NCBI RefSeq assembly: GCF_056712565.1
Contig: NZ_CM160072.1
Direction: 5' to 3' (one strand)
DNA: 64,000 nt
Below the pieces are notes generated by a model that searched no databases, had not been told where the DNA came from, and saw only the letters and a list, made by a program, of their open reading frames with translations. Position 1 is the stretch's first letter, and every line of letters starts with the position of its first letter. Positions 8,017 to 18,089 of the stretch are shown here, one piece after another. The position numbers were made by a program, and so were the translations under genes.

Positions 8017-8045
8017 ACTATAGCTTTCGCAGATTGCATCTTCAA
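8017..8045 (-). promoter_or_regulatory. putative sigma70 promoter for the HExxH gene
   Basis: Reverse strand TTGAAG -17 bp- TATAGT about 20 nt upstream of ATG at 7998. Confidence 0.3.
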
Positions 8046-8075
8046 TAATGAGCGCAGAGATTGTGGCGGCCTAAG

Positions 8076-9122
8076 TTATTCTGGGTTGTCGAGGGTGTAC
8101 TCTTTGAATCTGATGACCTCCATGCCGAGCCAGTCATTTACCTCCCTGAACCTGTCCTGTAGCGGCGACAGCTCGTTGCGCACAAATACCTTTGCCACCT
8201 TCTCAACATCACCGAGTGAACCGATATTCTCGGGCTTGCCGCCCATGAGCTGGAACGGTACGCGGTGCGCGTCCATCAGATCGGCGGCACTGGCCTTCTT
8301 GATGTTGAAAAAGTCATCCTTTGTGGCGACCTCGCTCAGTGGCACGATTTTGATGCCGTCCGGTTTTCCGCCGGGAGCGTAGAAAAACAGGTTCTTAAAG
8401 TTGCCGAGCCCTTTTGAGTTGCGCATCGCCTCGCGCAGCGATTCGACGTCGGTCGCGCTCTGCGCCGGGTCAGTCACATACATGATGTAACCCGCGTGCG
8501 CGCCGTTCTGATAATACTTGCGGCGGAACAGCGTCGCGGATTCATTCAGCCAGGCGGAATTTAGCGCGCTGAGATATTCGGGCAGGCCGTAAATCTCCTG
8601 ATTAATGTCGGGCTCCAGCAGGTGAAACACGGTATCAGGCGCGAACTCGTGCGGCTGGGTGAAGTTTTCCACAAACCAGAAAATCGAATCGTCGACTCCG
8701 CGTCGGGTGTATTTGGCTGGCGAGGCCAGCAGTTTGATTAACTGGCCGGTGACGCTGTGGCGCTGCTCAAGAAAGGCGTTACCGAACACCAGATAATCGA
8801 GCGCAAAGCGGCTGAAATCCTGACGGGATAACAACGGGTGCGGAATGTAGGTGCTCGCGAGCACGTTACGCTTAACATAAATTGGCGAGCTGTGATGCAC
8901 GGCAGAGCGCAGGCTCTTTGCCAGCCCTGAGAAGCTGACCGGCGGCTCGTACCATTTGCCGTTACTGATGCACTCGACGTAATCCAGAATGTCGCGCTTA
9001 TCGAGTACCGGCACCGGCTCGCCGAAGGTGAACGCTGTCGTTTTTGGCGGTGCGCTGGCGGTCAGTTGTTGTGGTTTGCTGGCCTTTTGTGCGTTGGCTT
9101 TACGGGATTTTTGTTTACCCAT
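8076..9122 (-). CDS. Q: capsid portal protein (P2 gpQ family)
   Basis: 348 aa, size/position as P2 Q, immediately downstream of terminase on reverse strand. Confidence 0.8.
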   Translation of the reverse strand: MGKQKSRKANAQKASKPQQLTASAPPKTTAFTFGEPVPVLDKRDILDYVECISNGKWYEPPVSFSGLAKSLRSAVHHSSPIYVKRNVLASTYIPHPLLSRQDFSRFALDYLVFGNAFLEQRHSVTGQLIKLLASPAKYTRRGVDDSIFWFVENFTQPHEFAPDTVFHLLEPDINQEIYGLPEYLSALNSAWLNESATLFRRKYYQNGAHAGYIMYVTDPAQSATDVESLREAMRNSKGLGNFKNLFFYAPGGKPDGIKIVPLSEVATKDDFFNIKKASAADLMDAHRVPFQLMGGKPENIGSLGDVEKVAKVFVRNELSPLQDRFREVNDWLGMEVIRFKEYTLDNPE

Positions 9123-9123
9123 T

Positions 9124-10893
9124 TTAGTTGAACTCCAGAATAGATTTAGGCTGCATGCCGCTACCGGCAGAAAGCGGTTCGTTTAACAGGGCGTGCATGG
9201 TCGCCCATGCGATATCGGCGTGGCTGGCTTCCTCGGTGCGGCTGGCCTCATAGGTGGCGCTGCGCCCGCTGCTGGTCATGGTTTTGCGGATGGACATAAA
9301 CGACTGCGTGACGTCGGTTGCTCCGGCGTCGTACTCCAGACAGCCACGGCGAATGGTGTCTTTCGCCTTGAGTACCATTGCGGTTTTCATTTCAGGTGTG
9401 TAACGGATGCCGCGTGCCGCCGGGTAAAATGAGCGCACCAGCTGGAACACGCCGAGACCGAGGCCGGTTGCGTCAATGCCGATGTATTCGACGTTGTATT
9501 TCTCGGTCAGCTTGCGGATGCCCTCTGCCTGTGCTGCAAAATCCATGCCCTTCCACTGGTGGCGCTCCAGCATGCGGAACTTGCCACCAGAGACCACCGG
9601 CGGCGCGAGCACGACGCACCCGGCACTGTCGCCGGTGTGTGACGGGTCGTAGCCAATCCAGACAGGACGAGAGCCGAACGGATGGTCGGCGAACGGGGCA
9701 AAGTCCTCCCATTCCTCCATCACATCGACCATGCAGCGCTGCAGCTCCTCGAACGGGAATACCGACGCTTTATCGTCGACAAACTCGCACATAAACAGGT
9801 TCTTAAAGTCCTCATCACTGTTTTCGCGTTTGAGCTGGTCGAGGTCGAACAGGGTGCAGCCACCCGCAAGGGCGTCCTCAATGGTGACAATCTGCCGCCA
9901 CTGGCCATCGTCGCAGAGCTGGCCACCGGCGAGCGCGCTGTGACTGATGTCGATTTCGATGCGGTCGGCAATCCGGCTGCGCCCCTTGTTGAACAGCTCG
10001 CCAGACCAGAAGGGGTAAGCGCCGTGCGCCAGCGTGGAAGGTGTCGAAAAATAGGTCGAGCGCAGGTGCTTTTGCGAGGCCATGCCCGAGGCGACTTTGC
10101 GCAGTTTCTGAAAATTCGGGATCCAGAATATTTCATCGACATACAGATCGCCGTTATGGCTCTGCGCGGTGTTGGAATTGGTACCGAGAAAAATCAGTTT
10201 TGCGCCGTTGTTACCGATGACAATCGGGTCGCCAGTCAGGTCAACGTCGACCAGTCGCGCAAACTGGATGATGTATTCGCGGAACACGTAAGCCTGCGTT
10301 TTACTGGCTGATAAAAATATCTGGTTATGGCCGGTTTTGAGTACGCGCAGCAGTGCCTCGCGGGAGAAATAGAATGTCGCGCCAATCTGGCGGGATTTGA
10401 GAATGTCACGAATACGGTGCTCCAGTCCTGCGCGGTACCACTGCAACTGGTACTCGAAAGACTGGTCGAAAAATAATTCCTCTAGTTTATCGATAGCCTC
10501 GTCGCTGAAAAAATTCTTTTTCGGCTTTTTGCGCTCCCCTTTGTTGCGGTTGGCGACGTTGGGGTTAAGGTCGGCTTCGTTGCCGGTCTGGCTGTAGCGG
10601 TTGACTCGCGCCAACCGTTCAATCTGCCGTCCGAGCAGGTCAATCTCTTTGAAATCACCCCCTGTCTTTTGCGGCTTGGCGATGAGCTGAATCAGCCTAG
10701 CCTCAAGGCTGCTTTCAACGCGGGAAATCGGCGCGATGCCGTCCCAGCCGTCGCGCTGCTTCCAGCTCTGCACGGTCGGGCGCTTGACCTGCAGCATTTC
10801 GGCAATCTGTGGCACGGAAAAACCCTGCCAGTAAAGCAGCGATGCCTGCCGTCGCGGGTCATGCAACAAGGTTGTATCGGTGGAAATGGTCAT
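9124..10893 (-). CDS. P: terminase large (ATPase) subunit (P2 gpP family)
   Basis: 589 aa, size/order as P2 P. Confidence 0.8.
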   Translation of the reverse strand: MTISTDTTLLHDPRRQASLLYWQGFSVPQIAEMLQVKRPTVQSWKQRDGWDGIAPISRVESSLEARLIQLIAKPQKTGGDFKEIDLLGRQIERLARVNRYSQTGNEADLNPNVANRNKGERKKPKKNFFSDEAIDKLEELFFDQSFEYQLQWYRAGLEHRIRDILKSRQIGATFYFSREALLRVLKTGHNQIFLSASKTQAYVFREYIIQFARLVDVDLTGDPIVIGNNGAKLIFLGTNSNTAQSHNGDLYVDEIFWIPNFQKLRKVASGMASQKHLRSTYFSTPSTLAHGAYPFWSGELFNKGRSRIADRIEIDISHSALAGGQLCDDGQWRQIVTIEDALAGGCTLFDLDQLKRENSDEDFKNLFMCEFVDDKASVFPFEELQRCMVDVMEEWEDFAPFADHPFGSRPVWIGYDPSHTGDSAGCVVLAPPVVSGGKFRMLERHQWKGMDFAAQAEGIRKLTEKYNVEYIGIDATGLGLGVFQLVRSFYPAARGIRYTPEMKTAMVLKAKDTIRRGCLEYDAGATDVTQSFMSIRKTMTSSGRSATYEASRTEEASHADIAWATMHALLNEPLSAGSGMQPKSILEFN

Positions 10894-11058
10894 TGATGCC
10901 TCGCCGTAGTGGATTCAGGGCAAGGCTACTTAATGGCCGTCAGTGATTCGCTAAGGTGCTGTTGTGTGGGCGGTTGTCCAGTCGTCATTGGTGGTCTGGC
11001 GTGTCCTGAGTCTGGAAACTGGCGGTGACCAGTAACCTCAACCTCAGGACTCCTGACA
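10894..11058. promoter_or_regulatory. divergent late promoter region (P-Q leftward, O-N-M-L rightward)
   Basis: Intergenic region between divergent late operons as in P2; individual activator sites not resolved. Confidence 0.4.
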
Positions 11059-11913
11059 ATGGCAAAAAAAGTCTCAAAATTCTTTCGCATCGGCGTCGAG
11101 GGTGACACCTGCGACGGCCGCATTATCAGCGGCAACGATATTCAGGAAATGGCCGAATCGTTTGACCCTCGCGTCTACGGTTGCCGCATTAACCTTGAGC
11201 ATATTCGCGGTCTCTTTCCTGATGGCGACTTCAAACGCTTAGGCGATGTGGTTGAACTGAAAGCTGAAATAATTGACGACGATTCTGCGCTTAACGGCAA
11301 ATGGGCGTTGTTCGCCAGAATCACCCCAACCGACGACCTGATTGCGATGAATAAAAAATTGCAGAAGGTCTACACCTCAATGGAAATTCAGCCGAATTTT
11401 GCCAATACCGGCAAATGCTACCTCGTCGGCCTTGCTGTCACCGATGACCCGGCGAGCCTCGGCACTGAATACCTCGAATTCTGCCGCAACGCGAAGCACA
11501 ACCCTCTGCAGCGCTTTAAGGCCAACCCTGAAAACGTCTTTTCCGCTGCCACGCTGGCCGAACTGGAATTTGAAGACGTTCCCGATACGGTGCTAAACAG
11601 CCTGGCAGATAAGGTTAAAGCCATTTTCAGCCGTAAGCAGGTCAGCGACGATGCGCGCCTGAATGATGTGCATGAAGCGGTGACCACCGTCAGCGAGCAT
11701 GTGCAGACCAACCTCACTGCGCAGGATAAGCGTCTTTCCGCTATGGAAGCCGCGCTTACCACCTTTAAACAGGAACTGACCGGCAAGATTGAAGAAACCA
11801 GCCAGGCATTTTCCGCCCTGAAAGCCACCCTCGACAAAACCGAAAGTTTCAGCCAGCCGCGACGCACGAAAGCCAGCGGCGGTGGTGGCGATGAGCTGCT
11901 GACCGACTGCTGA
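11059..11913 (+). CDS. O: capsid scaffolding protein (P2 gpO family)
   Basis: 284 aa, same length as P2 O; first gene of rightward capsid operon. Confidence 0.8.
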   Translation: MAKKVSKFFRIGVEGDTCDGRIISGNDIQEMAESFDPRVYGCRINLEHIRGLFPDGDFKRLGDVVELKAEIIDDDSALNGKWALFARITPTDDLIAMNKKLQKVYTSMEIQPNFANTGKCYLVGLAVTDDPASLGTEYLEFCRNAKHNPLQRFKANPENVFSAATLAELEFEDVPDTVLNSLADKVKAIFSRKQVSDDARLNDVHEAVTTVSEHVQTNLTAQDKRLSAMEAALTTFKQELTGKIEETSQAFSALKATLDKTESFSQPRRTKASGGGGDELLTDC

Positions 11914-11989
11914 TAAACCGCAGACCAGAAACCGGGCGGTAACTCCGCCCGATGCAGTGACTAACCGATAAATTCAAACAGGAAATACT

Positions 11990-13057
11990 ATGCGCCCGGA
12001 AACCCGTTTTAAGTTCAATGCCTATCTGACCCGCGTCGCTGAGCTGAACGGCATCAGCACTGATGACGTCAGTAAAAAATTCACCGTCGAGCCGTCCGTC
12101 ACGCAAACGCTGATGAACAAAGTGCAGGAGTCATCCGCGTTTCTGCAGACGATTAACATTCTGCCGGTCGCAGAAATGAAGGGTGAGAAAATCGGCGTCG
12201 CTGTGACCGGTACTATCGCCAGCACGACCGACACCTCGGGCGATGATGAGCGTAAGACCGCAGACTTCACCGCGCTTGAGTCCAACAAGTACGAGTGCGA
12301 CCAGATTAACTTTGACTTCCATCTGAAATATAAAACCCTCGACCTGTGGGCGCGTTTTCAGGACTTTCAGCGCCGCATCCGTGACGCCATTGTTAAGCGT
12401 CAGGCGCTCGATTTCATCATGGCCGGTTTTAACGGTACCACCCGCGCCGCCACCTCTGACCGCACCAAAAATCCGATGCTGCAGGATGTAGCCGTCGGCT
12501 GGCTGCAGAAATACCGCAACGAAGCCCCGACGCGTGTGATGAGCAATATCACCGATGCTGACGGTAAGGTCGTTTCGGCAGTGATTCGCGTCGGTAAAAA
12601 CGGCGACTATGAGAACCTCGACGCGCTGGTGATGGATGCTACCAACAACCTGATTGACGAGGTTTATCAGGATGACCCGAAACTCGTTGCCATCGTTGGC
12701 CGTAAGCTGCTGGCCGACAAATATTTCCCGCTGGTGAACAAGCCGCAAGAAAACAGCGAAGCGCTCGCGGCAGATATCATCATCAGCCAGAAGCGAATCG
12801 GCAACCTGCCTGCTGTGCGTGTGCCGTACTTCCCGGCGAATGCCGTGTTAGTGACAACGCTGGAAAACCTCTCTATCTATTTCATGGATGAGAGCCACCG
12901 CCGCAGCATTGATGAAAACCCGAAAAAAGACCGCGTGGAAAACTACGAGTCAATGAATATCGACTATGTGGTCGAGGCGTATGCCGCCGGGTGTCTGCTG
13001 GAAAACATCACCCTAGGCGATTTCACCGCACCTGCAGCACCGGAAAGCGGAGAGTAA
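11990..13057 (+). CDS. N: major capsid protein (P2 gpN family)
   Basis: 355 aa, order O-N-M-L. Confidence 0.8.
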   Translation: MRPETRFKFNAYLTRVAELNGISTDDVSKKFTVEPSVTQTLMNKVQESSAFLQTINILPVAEMKGEKIGVAVTGTIASTTDTSGDDERKTADFTALESNKYECDQINFDFHLKYKTLDLWARFQDFQRRIRDAIVKRQALDFIMAGFNGTTRAATSDRTKNPMLQDVAVGWLQKYRNEAPTRVMSNITDADGKVVSAVIRVGKNGDYENLDALVMDATNNLIDEVYQDDPKLVAIVGRKLLADKYFPLVNKPQENSEALAADIIISQKRIGNLPAVRVPYFPANAVLVTTLENLSIYFMDESHRRSIDENPKKDRVENYESMNIDYVVEAYAAGCLLENITLGDFTAPAAPESGE

Positions 13058-13061
13058 GCCC

Positions 13062-13811
13062 ATGACGAGCCCCGCACAGCGTCACATGATGCGGGTCTCG
13101 GCCTCTCAAGCCGCGCAGCGGGAACAAGCCCCGCTGCGCCATGCAACCGCCTACGAGCAGATGCTGGTAAAGCTGGCCGATGACCGCCGCACGTTGAAAA
13201 CCATCCGTTCAAACGAACTGAAAGCCGCGAAAAAGCGTGAGCTGCTGCCGTTCTATGCGCCGTGGGTCGCCGGTGTGCTGGCTGATGGCCGTGGTGCGCA
13301 GGATGACATTCTGATGACAGTCATGCTGTGGCGTCTCGATGCCGGTGATATCGCTGGCGCGCTGGAAATTGCGCCATACGCGCTGAAGTACGGCCTCACC
13401 TCTGACTATCGCCGCACGACACCTTACATGCTGGTTGAGGAGGTGGCGCTTGCCGCGCTGCGCCTGCGCGATGCCGGTGAGCCTGTCGACCTCGCATTAC
13501 TGCTGACCACCCTTAGCCTGACCGACGGCGCAGACGTTCCCGATATGGTGCGCGCTCGACTGCATAAGGTGACCGGTCTAACCCTGCGCGATGCCGGTCA
13601 GAGCGCCGAAGCACTGGCACAGTTTCAGCGCGCGATGCAGCTCGACCGCAATGCCGGTGTGCGCAAAGAGATTGAGCGACTGGAGCGGGCATTGAAGCCT
13701 AAGCCCGATGCCGCGCCCCGTAAAACGACTAAACCGCGCACGCGCAAACCTGCCACCAAACCGGCGGCAAAGCGCGGGCGTCCACCAAAGGCGGTAAAAA
13801 CCGCCGGTTAA
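13062..13811 (+). CDS. M: terminase small/endonuclease subunit (P2 gpM family)
   Basis: 249 aa, basic Pro/Lys-rich C-terminus. Confidence 0.75.
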   Translation: MTSPAQRHMMRVSASQAAQREQAPLRHATAYEQMLVKLADDRRTLKTIRSNELKAAKKRELLPFYAPWVAGVLADGRGAQDDILMTVMLWRLDAGDIAGALEIAPYALKYGLTSDYRRTTPYMLVEEVALAALRLRDAGEPVDLALLLTTLSLTDGADVPDMVRARLHKVTGLTLRDAGQSAEALAQFQRAMQLDRNAGVRKEIERLERALKPKPDAAPRKTTKPRTRKPATKPAAKRGRPPKAVKTAG

Positions 13812-13904
13812 CTGAACGCTCCCCGAGCCGGGCGGCACGCCGGTCAAAGCGGGTTTTGACCCTGACGGCGACCGGCGTCCACCGCCCAACCTAATGAGGT
13901 TGTC

Positions 13905-14414
13905 ATGACGACAGTAATACTGAATCAGCCCGACGAACCGCAGGACGTACCGGGCGTGGTGATTCCCGCACCGGAGACGGGCGACGCAGTGATTAAAAAC
14001 ACGTTCTTTTTCCCTGATGTGGATCCGAAGCGGGTGCGCGAGCTGATGCGCCTTGAGCAGACGGTTTCCGATGCGCGCCTGCGCAACGCCATCAAGACCG
14101 GCATGGCGGAAACCAATGCGGAGCTTTACGACTACCGGCTGCGCCAGATTGCCGCAGGGTTTAAGACACTGGCCGACGTGCCTGACGCCGAGGAAATCGA
14201 CGGCGAGAATGTGCGCATTTTCCACTACCTCAGCGCCGTGACGGCGATGGCGACCGCCACCCTGTATGAGCGTTATCGCGGGGTTGAGGCCACCGGCAAG
14301 GGTGACAAAAAAGCCGACAGCGTCGAAACCACCATTGATGACCTGTGGCGGGATATGCGCTGGTCGGTCTCGCGCCTGCAGGATAAGCCGCGCTGCATCG
14401 TGGGTCAGCTCTGA
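13905..14414 (+). CDS. L: head completion/stabilisation protein (P2 gpL family)
   Basis: 169 aa as P2 L. Confidence 0.75.
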   Translation: MTTVILNQPDEPQDVPGVVIPAPETGDAVIKNTFFFPDVDPKRVRELMRLEQTVSDARLRNAIKTGMAETNAELYDYRLRQIAAGFKTLADVPDAEEIDGENVRIFHYLSAVTAMATATLYERYRGVEATGKGDKKADSVETTIDDLWRDMRWSVSRLQDKPRCIVGQL

Positions 14415-14617
14415 TGAAAGTCTACGCGATGCAGGGCGACACCATCGACGCGCTTTGCGCCCGGTATTACGGGCGCACTGAGGGCGTGGTCGAGGCGGTG
14501 CTGCAGGCTAATCCCGGTCTGTCTGAGCTGGGCGTCATTCTGCCGCATGGCACGGCAATTGACCTGCCCGACATGGCATCGTCACCCGTAACAGAAACTA
14601 TCAACCTTTGGGAGTAA
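14414..14617 (+). CDS. X: tail protein X (P2 gpX family)
   Basis: 67 aa, overlapping stop/start with L. Confidence 0.7.
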   Translation: MKVYAMQGDTIDALCARYYGRTEGVVEAVLQANPGLSELGVILPHGTAIDLPDMASSPVTETINLWE

Positions 14618-14620
14618 ACC

Positions 14621-14917
14621 ATGACAGAAGGGGAAAAAGGCGTCCTGTCACTGTTTGTGATTGGCGTGATGATTGTTGTCGGAAAAGTGCTGGCGGGTGG
14701 TGAGCCCATTACCCCGCGCCTGTTTATCGGCCGCATGCTGCTCGGCGGTTTTGTTTCAATGGTCGCCGGTGTTGTTCTGGTGCAGTTTCCAGATATGTCA
14801 CTGCCTGCCGTTTGTGGGATTGGATCCATGCTCGGCATTGCAGGTTATCAGGTGGTGGAAATCGCCATTCAGCGCCGCTTTAAGTCACAACAGGGGGATA
14901 GCGATGCCGGTCATTAA
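14621..14917 (+). CDS. Y: holin (P2 gpY-like)
   Basis: 98 aa with hydrophobic segments, first gene of lysis cassette. Confidence 0.7.
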   Translation: MTEGEKGVLSLFVIGVMIVVGKVLAGGEPITPRLFIGRMLLGGFVSMVAGVVLVQFPDMSLPAVCGIGSMLGIAGYQVVEIAIQRRFKSQQGDSDAGH

Positions 14918-15401
14918 TACTCACCAGAATATCGCCGCGTTTCTGGACATGCTGGCCTATTCCGAAGGGACGGCGATGCATCCGCTGACGAAAAATCGTG
15001 GTTACGACGTCATTGTCACTGGCATTGATGGCAAGCCGGAAATTTTCACCGACTACACCGACCACCCTTTCGCACATGGCAGACCAGCGAAAGTGTTTAA
15101 TCAACGCGGCGAAAAATCCACGGCATCAGGGCGTTACCAGCAGCTTTATCTCTACTGGCCGCACTATCAGAAACAGCTCGCATTGCCTGATTTCAGCCCG
15201 TTGTCGCAGGACAAACTTGCGATTCAGTTAATCCGGGAGCGCGGTGCCATTGAGGATATTAAAGCGGGGCGTATTGAGCGAGCAATTTCACGTTGCCGCA
15301 ATATATGGGCGTCGCTGCCGGGTGCAGGTTACGGCCAGCGTGAGCACAGCCTCGACAAACTGGTCACTGTGTGGCGCACGGCTGGCGGGGTGATGGCATG
15401 A
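14904..15401 (+). CDS. K: endolysin (phage lysozyme, P2 gpK-like)
   Basis: ATG 14904 overlapping holin end; track ORF 14673-15401 is an upstream extension. Confidence 0.75.
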   Translation: MPVINTHQNIAAFLDMLAYSEGTAMHPLTKNRGYDVIVTGIDGKPEIFTDYTDHPFAHGRPAKVFNQRGEKSTASGRYQQLYLYWPHYQKQLALPDFSPLSQDKLAIQLIRERGAIEDIKAGRIERAISRCRNIWASLPGAGYGQREHSLDKLVTVWRTAGGVMA

Positions 15402-15811
15402 AAATCCTGATAACGCTGCTGGTGCTGGCCGTGCTCGGGCTGCTGTGGTTGCGCCATGAGAACGGCAATTTATCCCGCTCCTTTGAGACGGCAAACCGCG
15501 TCGCAAGCGAACAAAAGACGACGATTGGCATGCTGAAAAATCAGCTCAGTGTTGCCGGTCAGCTTGCCCGACGTAATGAATCCGCGCAGGTGGAACTGCG
15601 CGAACAGCTCGCAAAGGCCAGCGCAGAGGCCAGCCGCCGTGAGCAGACGATAACGAGGTTACTTAATGAAAATGAAGCCTTTCGCCGCTGGTATAACGCT
15701 GCTTTGCCTGATGTTGTGCGTCGGCTGCACACCCGCACCGCCTGCGCCAGTGCCGGTGATTGTGGTCAGCGGATGCCCGAGGGTGAGCCTTTGTCCGATG
15801 CCGGGAAGTGA
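15398..15811 (+). CDS. lysB: i-spanin (Rz-like, P2 LysB-like)
   Basis: N-terminal TM helix ILITLLVLAVLGLLWL then coiled-coil region. Confidence 0.65.
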   Translation: MKILITLLVLAVLGLLWLRHENGNLSRSFETANRVASEQKTTIGMLKNQLSVAGQLARRNESAQVELREQLAKASAEASRREQTITRLLNENEAFRRWYNAALPDVVRRLHTRTACASAGDCGQRMPEGEPLSDAGK

Positions 15812-15956
15812 CCCGAAAACCAATGGTGACCTGAGCGCAGATATCCGCCGTCTTGAGGGCGCGCTGACCGCCTGCGCGCTGCAGGTTAAAACCGTCAAAC
15901 ACTGTCAGGATGAACTCGATGCAGAAGCACAAAAGCCTGCGCAAAGCGCTGATTAA
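15666..15956 (+). CDS. lysC: o-spanin lipoprotein (Rz1-like, P2 LysC-like), overlapping lysB out of frame
   Basis: Lipobox LMLCVGC, Pro-rich; overlaps the 3' part of lysB in a different frame. Confidence 0.6.
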   Translation: MKMKPFAAGITLLCLMLCVGCTPAPPAPVPVIVVSGCPRVSLCPMPGSDPKTNGDLSADIRRLEGALTACALQVKTVKHCQDELDAEAQKPAQSAD

Positions 15957-16386
15957 CGCCGTGCCGCAGCTCCGAAATAATCCCGATATGCTGCGCCTTT
16001 TTGCCGACAACGGCCATACCGATTCCCGACTGGCGAGCTCGCTGTCGTTTGAAAAGGTGTACGTGCTTAACGTGGTGGTGACTGACTTCACCGGTGACCT
16101 TGATTTGATATTCGTGCCGGTGCAGGCGTGGCTGCGTGAACATCAGCCGGACATTATGACCACCGACGACGGGCGGGAAAAAGGATTCACCTGGATTATT
16201 GATATCAATAACGACGATTCGCTCGATATCAGTATCAGCCTGAGGCTCACCGAGCGCACACTCGTCAAAGAGGTCGACGGCGCGCTGCACGTCAGCTATG
16301 CCCCTGAGCCGCCACTGCCTGAGCCGGTGACGCGCCCGGTCGAGCTGTACGTTAACGGCGAACTGGTGAGTAAGTGGGATGAGTGA
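15910..16386 (+). CDS. R: tail completion protein (P2 gpR family)
   Basis: 158 aa, order R-S. Confidence 0.7.
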   Translation: MNSMQKHKSLRKALINAVPQLRNNPDMLRLFADNGHTDSRLASSLSFEKVYVLNVVVTDFTGDLDLIFVPVQAWLREHQPDIMTTDDGREKGFTWIIDINNDDSLDISISLRLTERTLVKEVDGALHVSYAPEPPLPEPVTRPVELYVNGELVSKWDE

Positions 16387-16825
16387 ATTAACCGCGCTGC
16401 AGGAACGCCTTGCCGGTCTGATTGCCAGCCTGTCACCGGCGGCACGTCGGCAAATGGCGGCTGAGATTGCGAAAAAGCTGCGTACCAGTCAGCAACAGCG
16501 TATCAAGCGCCAGCAGGCACCCGACGGCACCCCGTATGCGGCACGAAAGCGCCAGCCGGTGCGGAGCAAGAAAGGTCGGATTAAACGTGAAATGTTCGCC
16601 AAACTGCGCACCAGTCGCTTTATGAAAGCCAAAGGCAGCGACAGTGCGGCGGTGGTGGAGTTTACCGGCAAGGTGCAGCGCATGGCGCGGGTTCATCAGT
16701 ACGGCCTCAAAGACCGGCCAAACCGTAACAGCCGGGATGTGCAGTACGAGGCGCGCCCGTTGCTCGGTTTCAATAGTATAGATATGAGAATTATTGAGCG
16801 GTTAATAATTGGGGCTTTGGATTAA
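16379..16825 (+). CDS. S: tail completion / virion morphogenesis protein (P2 gpS family); last ~18 codons AT-rich
   Basis: 148 aa; composition switches to AT-rich at about 16770. Confidence 0.7.
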   Translation: MSELTALQERLAGLIASLSPAARRQMAAEIAKKLRTSQQQRIKRQQAPDGTPYAARKRQPVRSKKGRIKREMFAKLRTSRFMKAKGSDSAAVVEFTGKVQRMARVHQYGLKDRPNRNSRDVQYEARPLLGFNSIDMRIIERLIIGALD

Positions 16826-16853
16826 TTATGATCTAATATATTATTTTGTGATG

Positions 16854-16880
16854 AGGCTGGATAAACACCAGCCTTGATTT
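16854..16880. terminator. hairpin between convergent S and HIT-family gene (bidirectional terminator candidate)
   Basis: GGCTGG-ataaacac-CAGCC followed by T-rich run. Confidence 0.4.
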
Positions 16881-17524
16881 TATAGTTTGAAATCTGCGTA
16901 ATTATCAATAACCTCTAGAACACCGCTGATGTTGTTATCTCTGCGCCAATTCCAATTGCCATGTATCAAATTTGCATTAGAATAAAGATATCTAAGGAAC
17001 TGAGATGGTAAGAGTGGTTTGTTGCATAAAAATTCATCATAACTATTACTCATATACCACACATATCCATTTTTAATGTCAAAACTTAAATTCTCACCTT
17101 CAATTTTCTTAAAGTTAATTTCTTTATTTAGAGCATTTTCAAACTCTTGTGTATAATAAACACAGTGTATATGAGCGTGAGAAATGCACCCTCCTGAACG
17201 ATCTATATTTTCACCTGCTCCGCTTTCAAAGAAAATTAGAGATCTACCAGATTGGTGGATTATAAATTCATTAAGTTCTCGCAGAATCTCCTTGCCATTA
17301 CTCCGGGTATCTCGATCAAGAGCAGCAAAGGAGTTGATATGCCGCTTAGGAATCAGCATCACATGCGAATTATTTAGCGGGCCAATACTAGGTACAATTA
17401 GAAAATCATTTGTTTCTGCAATGATATTTTTCTTGTCATTTACGATTTCATCGTATCCTTTGATAAGGCTAATGCCATTTATTTCATCGCATATTCCACA
17501 GAACGAATTACAAGAATTATTCAC
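16880..17524 (-). CDS. HIT-family (histidine triad) protein with ~80-aa C-terminal extension; cargo gene
   Basis: CNSFCGICDE, NSHVMLIPKRHI and histidine triad HAHIHCV; AT-rich. Confidence 0.7.
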   Translation of the reverse strand: MNNSCNSFCGICDEINGISLIKGYDEIVNDKKNIIAETNDFLIVPSIGPLNNSHVMLIPKRHINSFAALDRDTRSNGKEILRELNEFIIHQSGRSLIFFESGAGENIDRSGGCISHAHIHCVYYTQEFENALNKEINFKKIEGENLSFDIKNGYVWYMSNSYDEFLCNKPLLPSQFLRYLYSNANLIHGNWNWRRDNNISGVLEVIDNYADFKL

Positions 17525-18089
17525 GTTTATTGTCTCCTGGTTTTTTAGGGAGCAATTTTTCAGCCCAAGATGCGAGTCGGCTTAGAACTAAGTCTGAAAA
17601 ATATCCTAATATAAAACAAATCGAGAATGCAATTTTGGTCTTACCATGCCCTTTAATGGAGGATACAAACGTATCCGGAGATAATATCGTATAAGAACAA
17701 AAAGCCACTAAAGCAGCTAAGAACGGAATAAAAATCCTCCAGTAGAACTTATGGGATTCCCAAGGGAAATTATACTGATTGTTTTTCCCTCTAGCAGTTA
17801 CTCTATAAAACCATTTTGCATTATACACCCACCCTCCAAAAAAACCACCAAGAATAGAAAACAAAGATATTTTATTATTATATGACAGCTCAAAAACAAA
17901 TTGAAAAAGAAAGGCGAGAATGCAACCTATTACAAAAAGAACTATTAAATAAGCAAATTCGAATTTTATTTGTTCACAATCGTTATTAAAATAAGGCACA
18001 ACCTCATCATCGCCTAAGGTTTTTTTTCTTTCAGTCATTTGCCAAACACCTTCATTTTTTACTGTGAGCCAGGGTAATTGCATATTCAA
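17517..18089 (-). CDS. small integral membrane protein (about 4 TM helices); cargo gene, overlaps HIT gene by 8 nt
   Basis: Hydrophobic stretches YLIVLFVIGCILAFLFQFVF, ISLFSILGGFFGGWVY, IFIPFLAALVAFCSYTIL, IAFSICFILGYFSDLVL; AT-rich. Confidence 0.65.
   Translation of the reverse strand: MNMQLPWLTVKNEGVWQMTERKKTLGDDEVVPYFNNDCEQIKFEFAYLIVLFVIGCILAFLFQFVFELSYNNKISLFSILGGFFGGWVYNAKWFYRVTARGKNNQYNFPWESHKFYWRIFIPFLAALVAFCSYTILSPDTFVSSIKGHGKTKIAFSICFILGYFSDLVLSRLASWAEKLLPKKPGDNKRE

Noticed and set aside
13578-14225. 215-aa reverse-strand ORF
   Set aside because: Antisense to capsid-module genes M and L in GC-rich DNA; no start context; typical shadow ORF.
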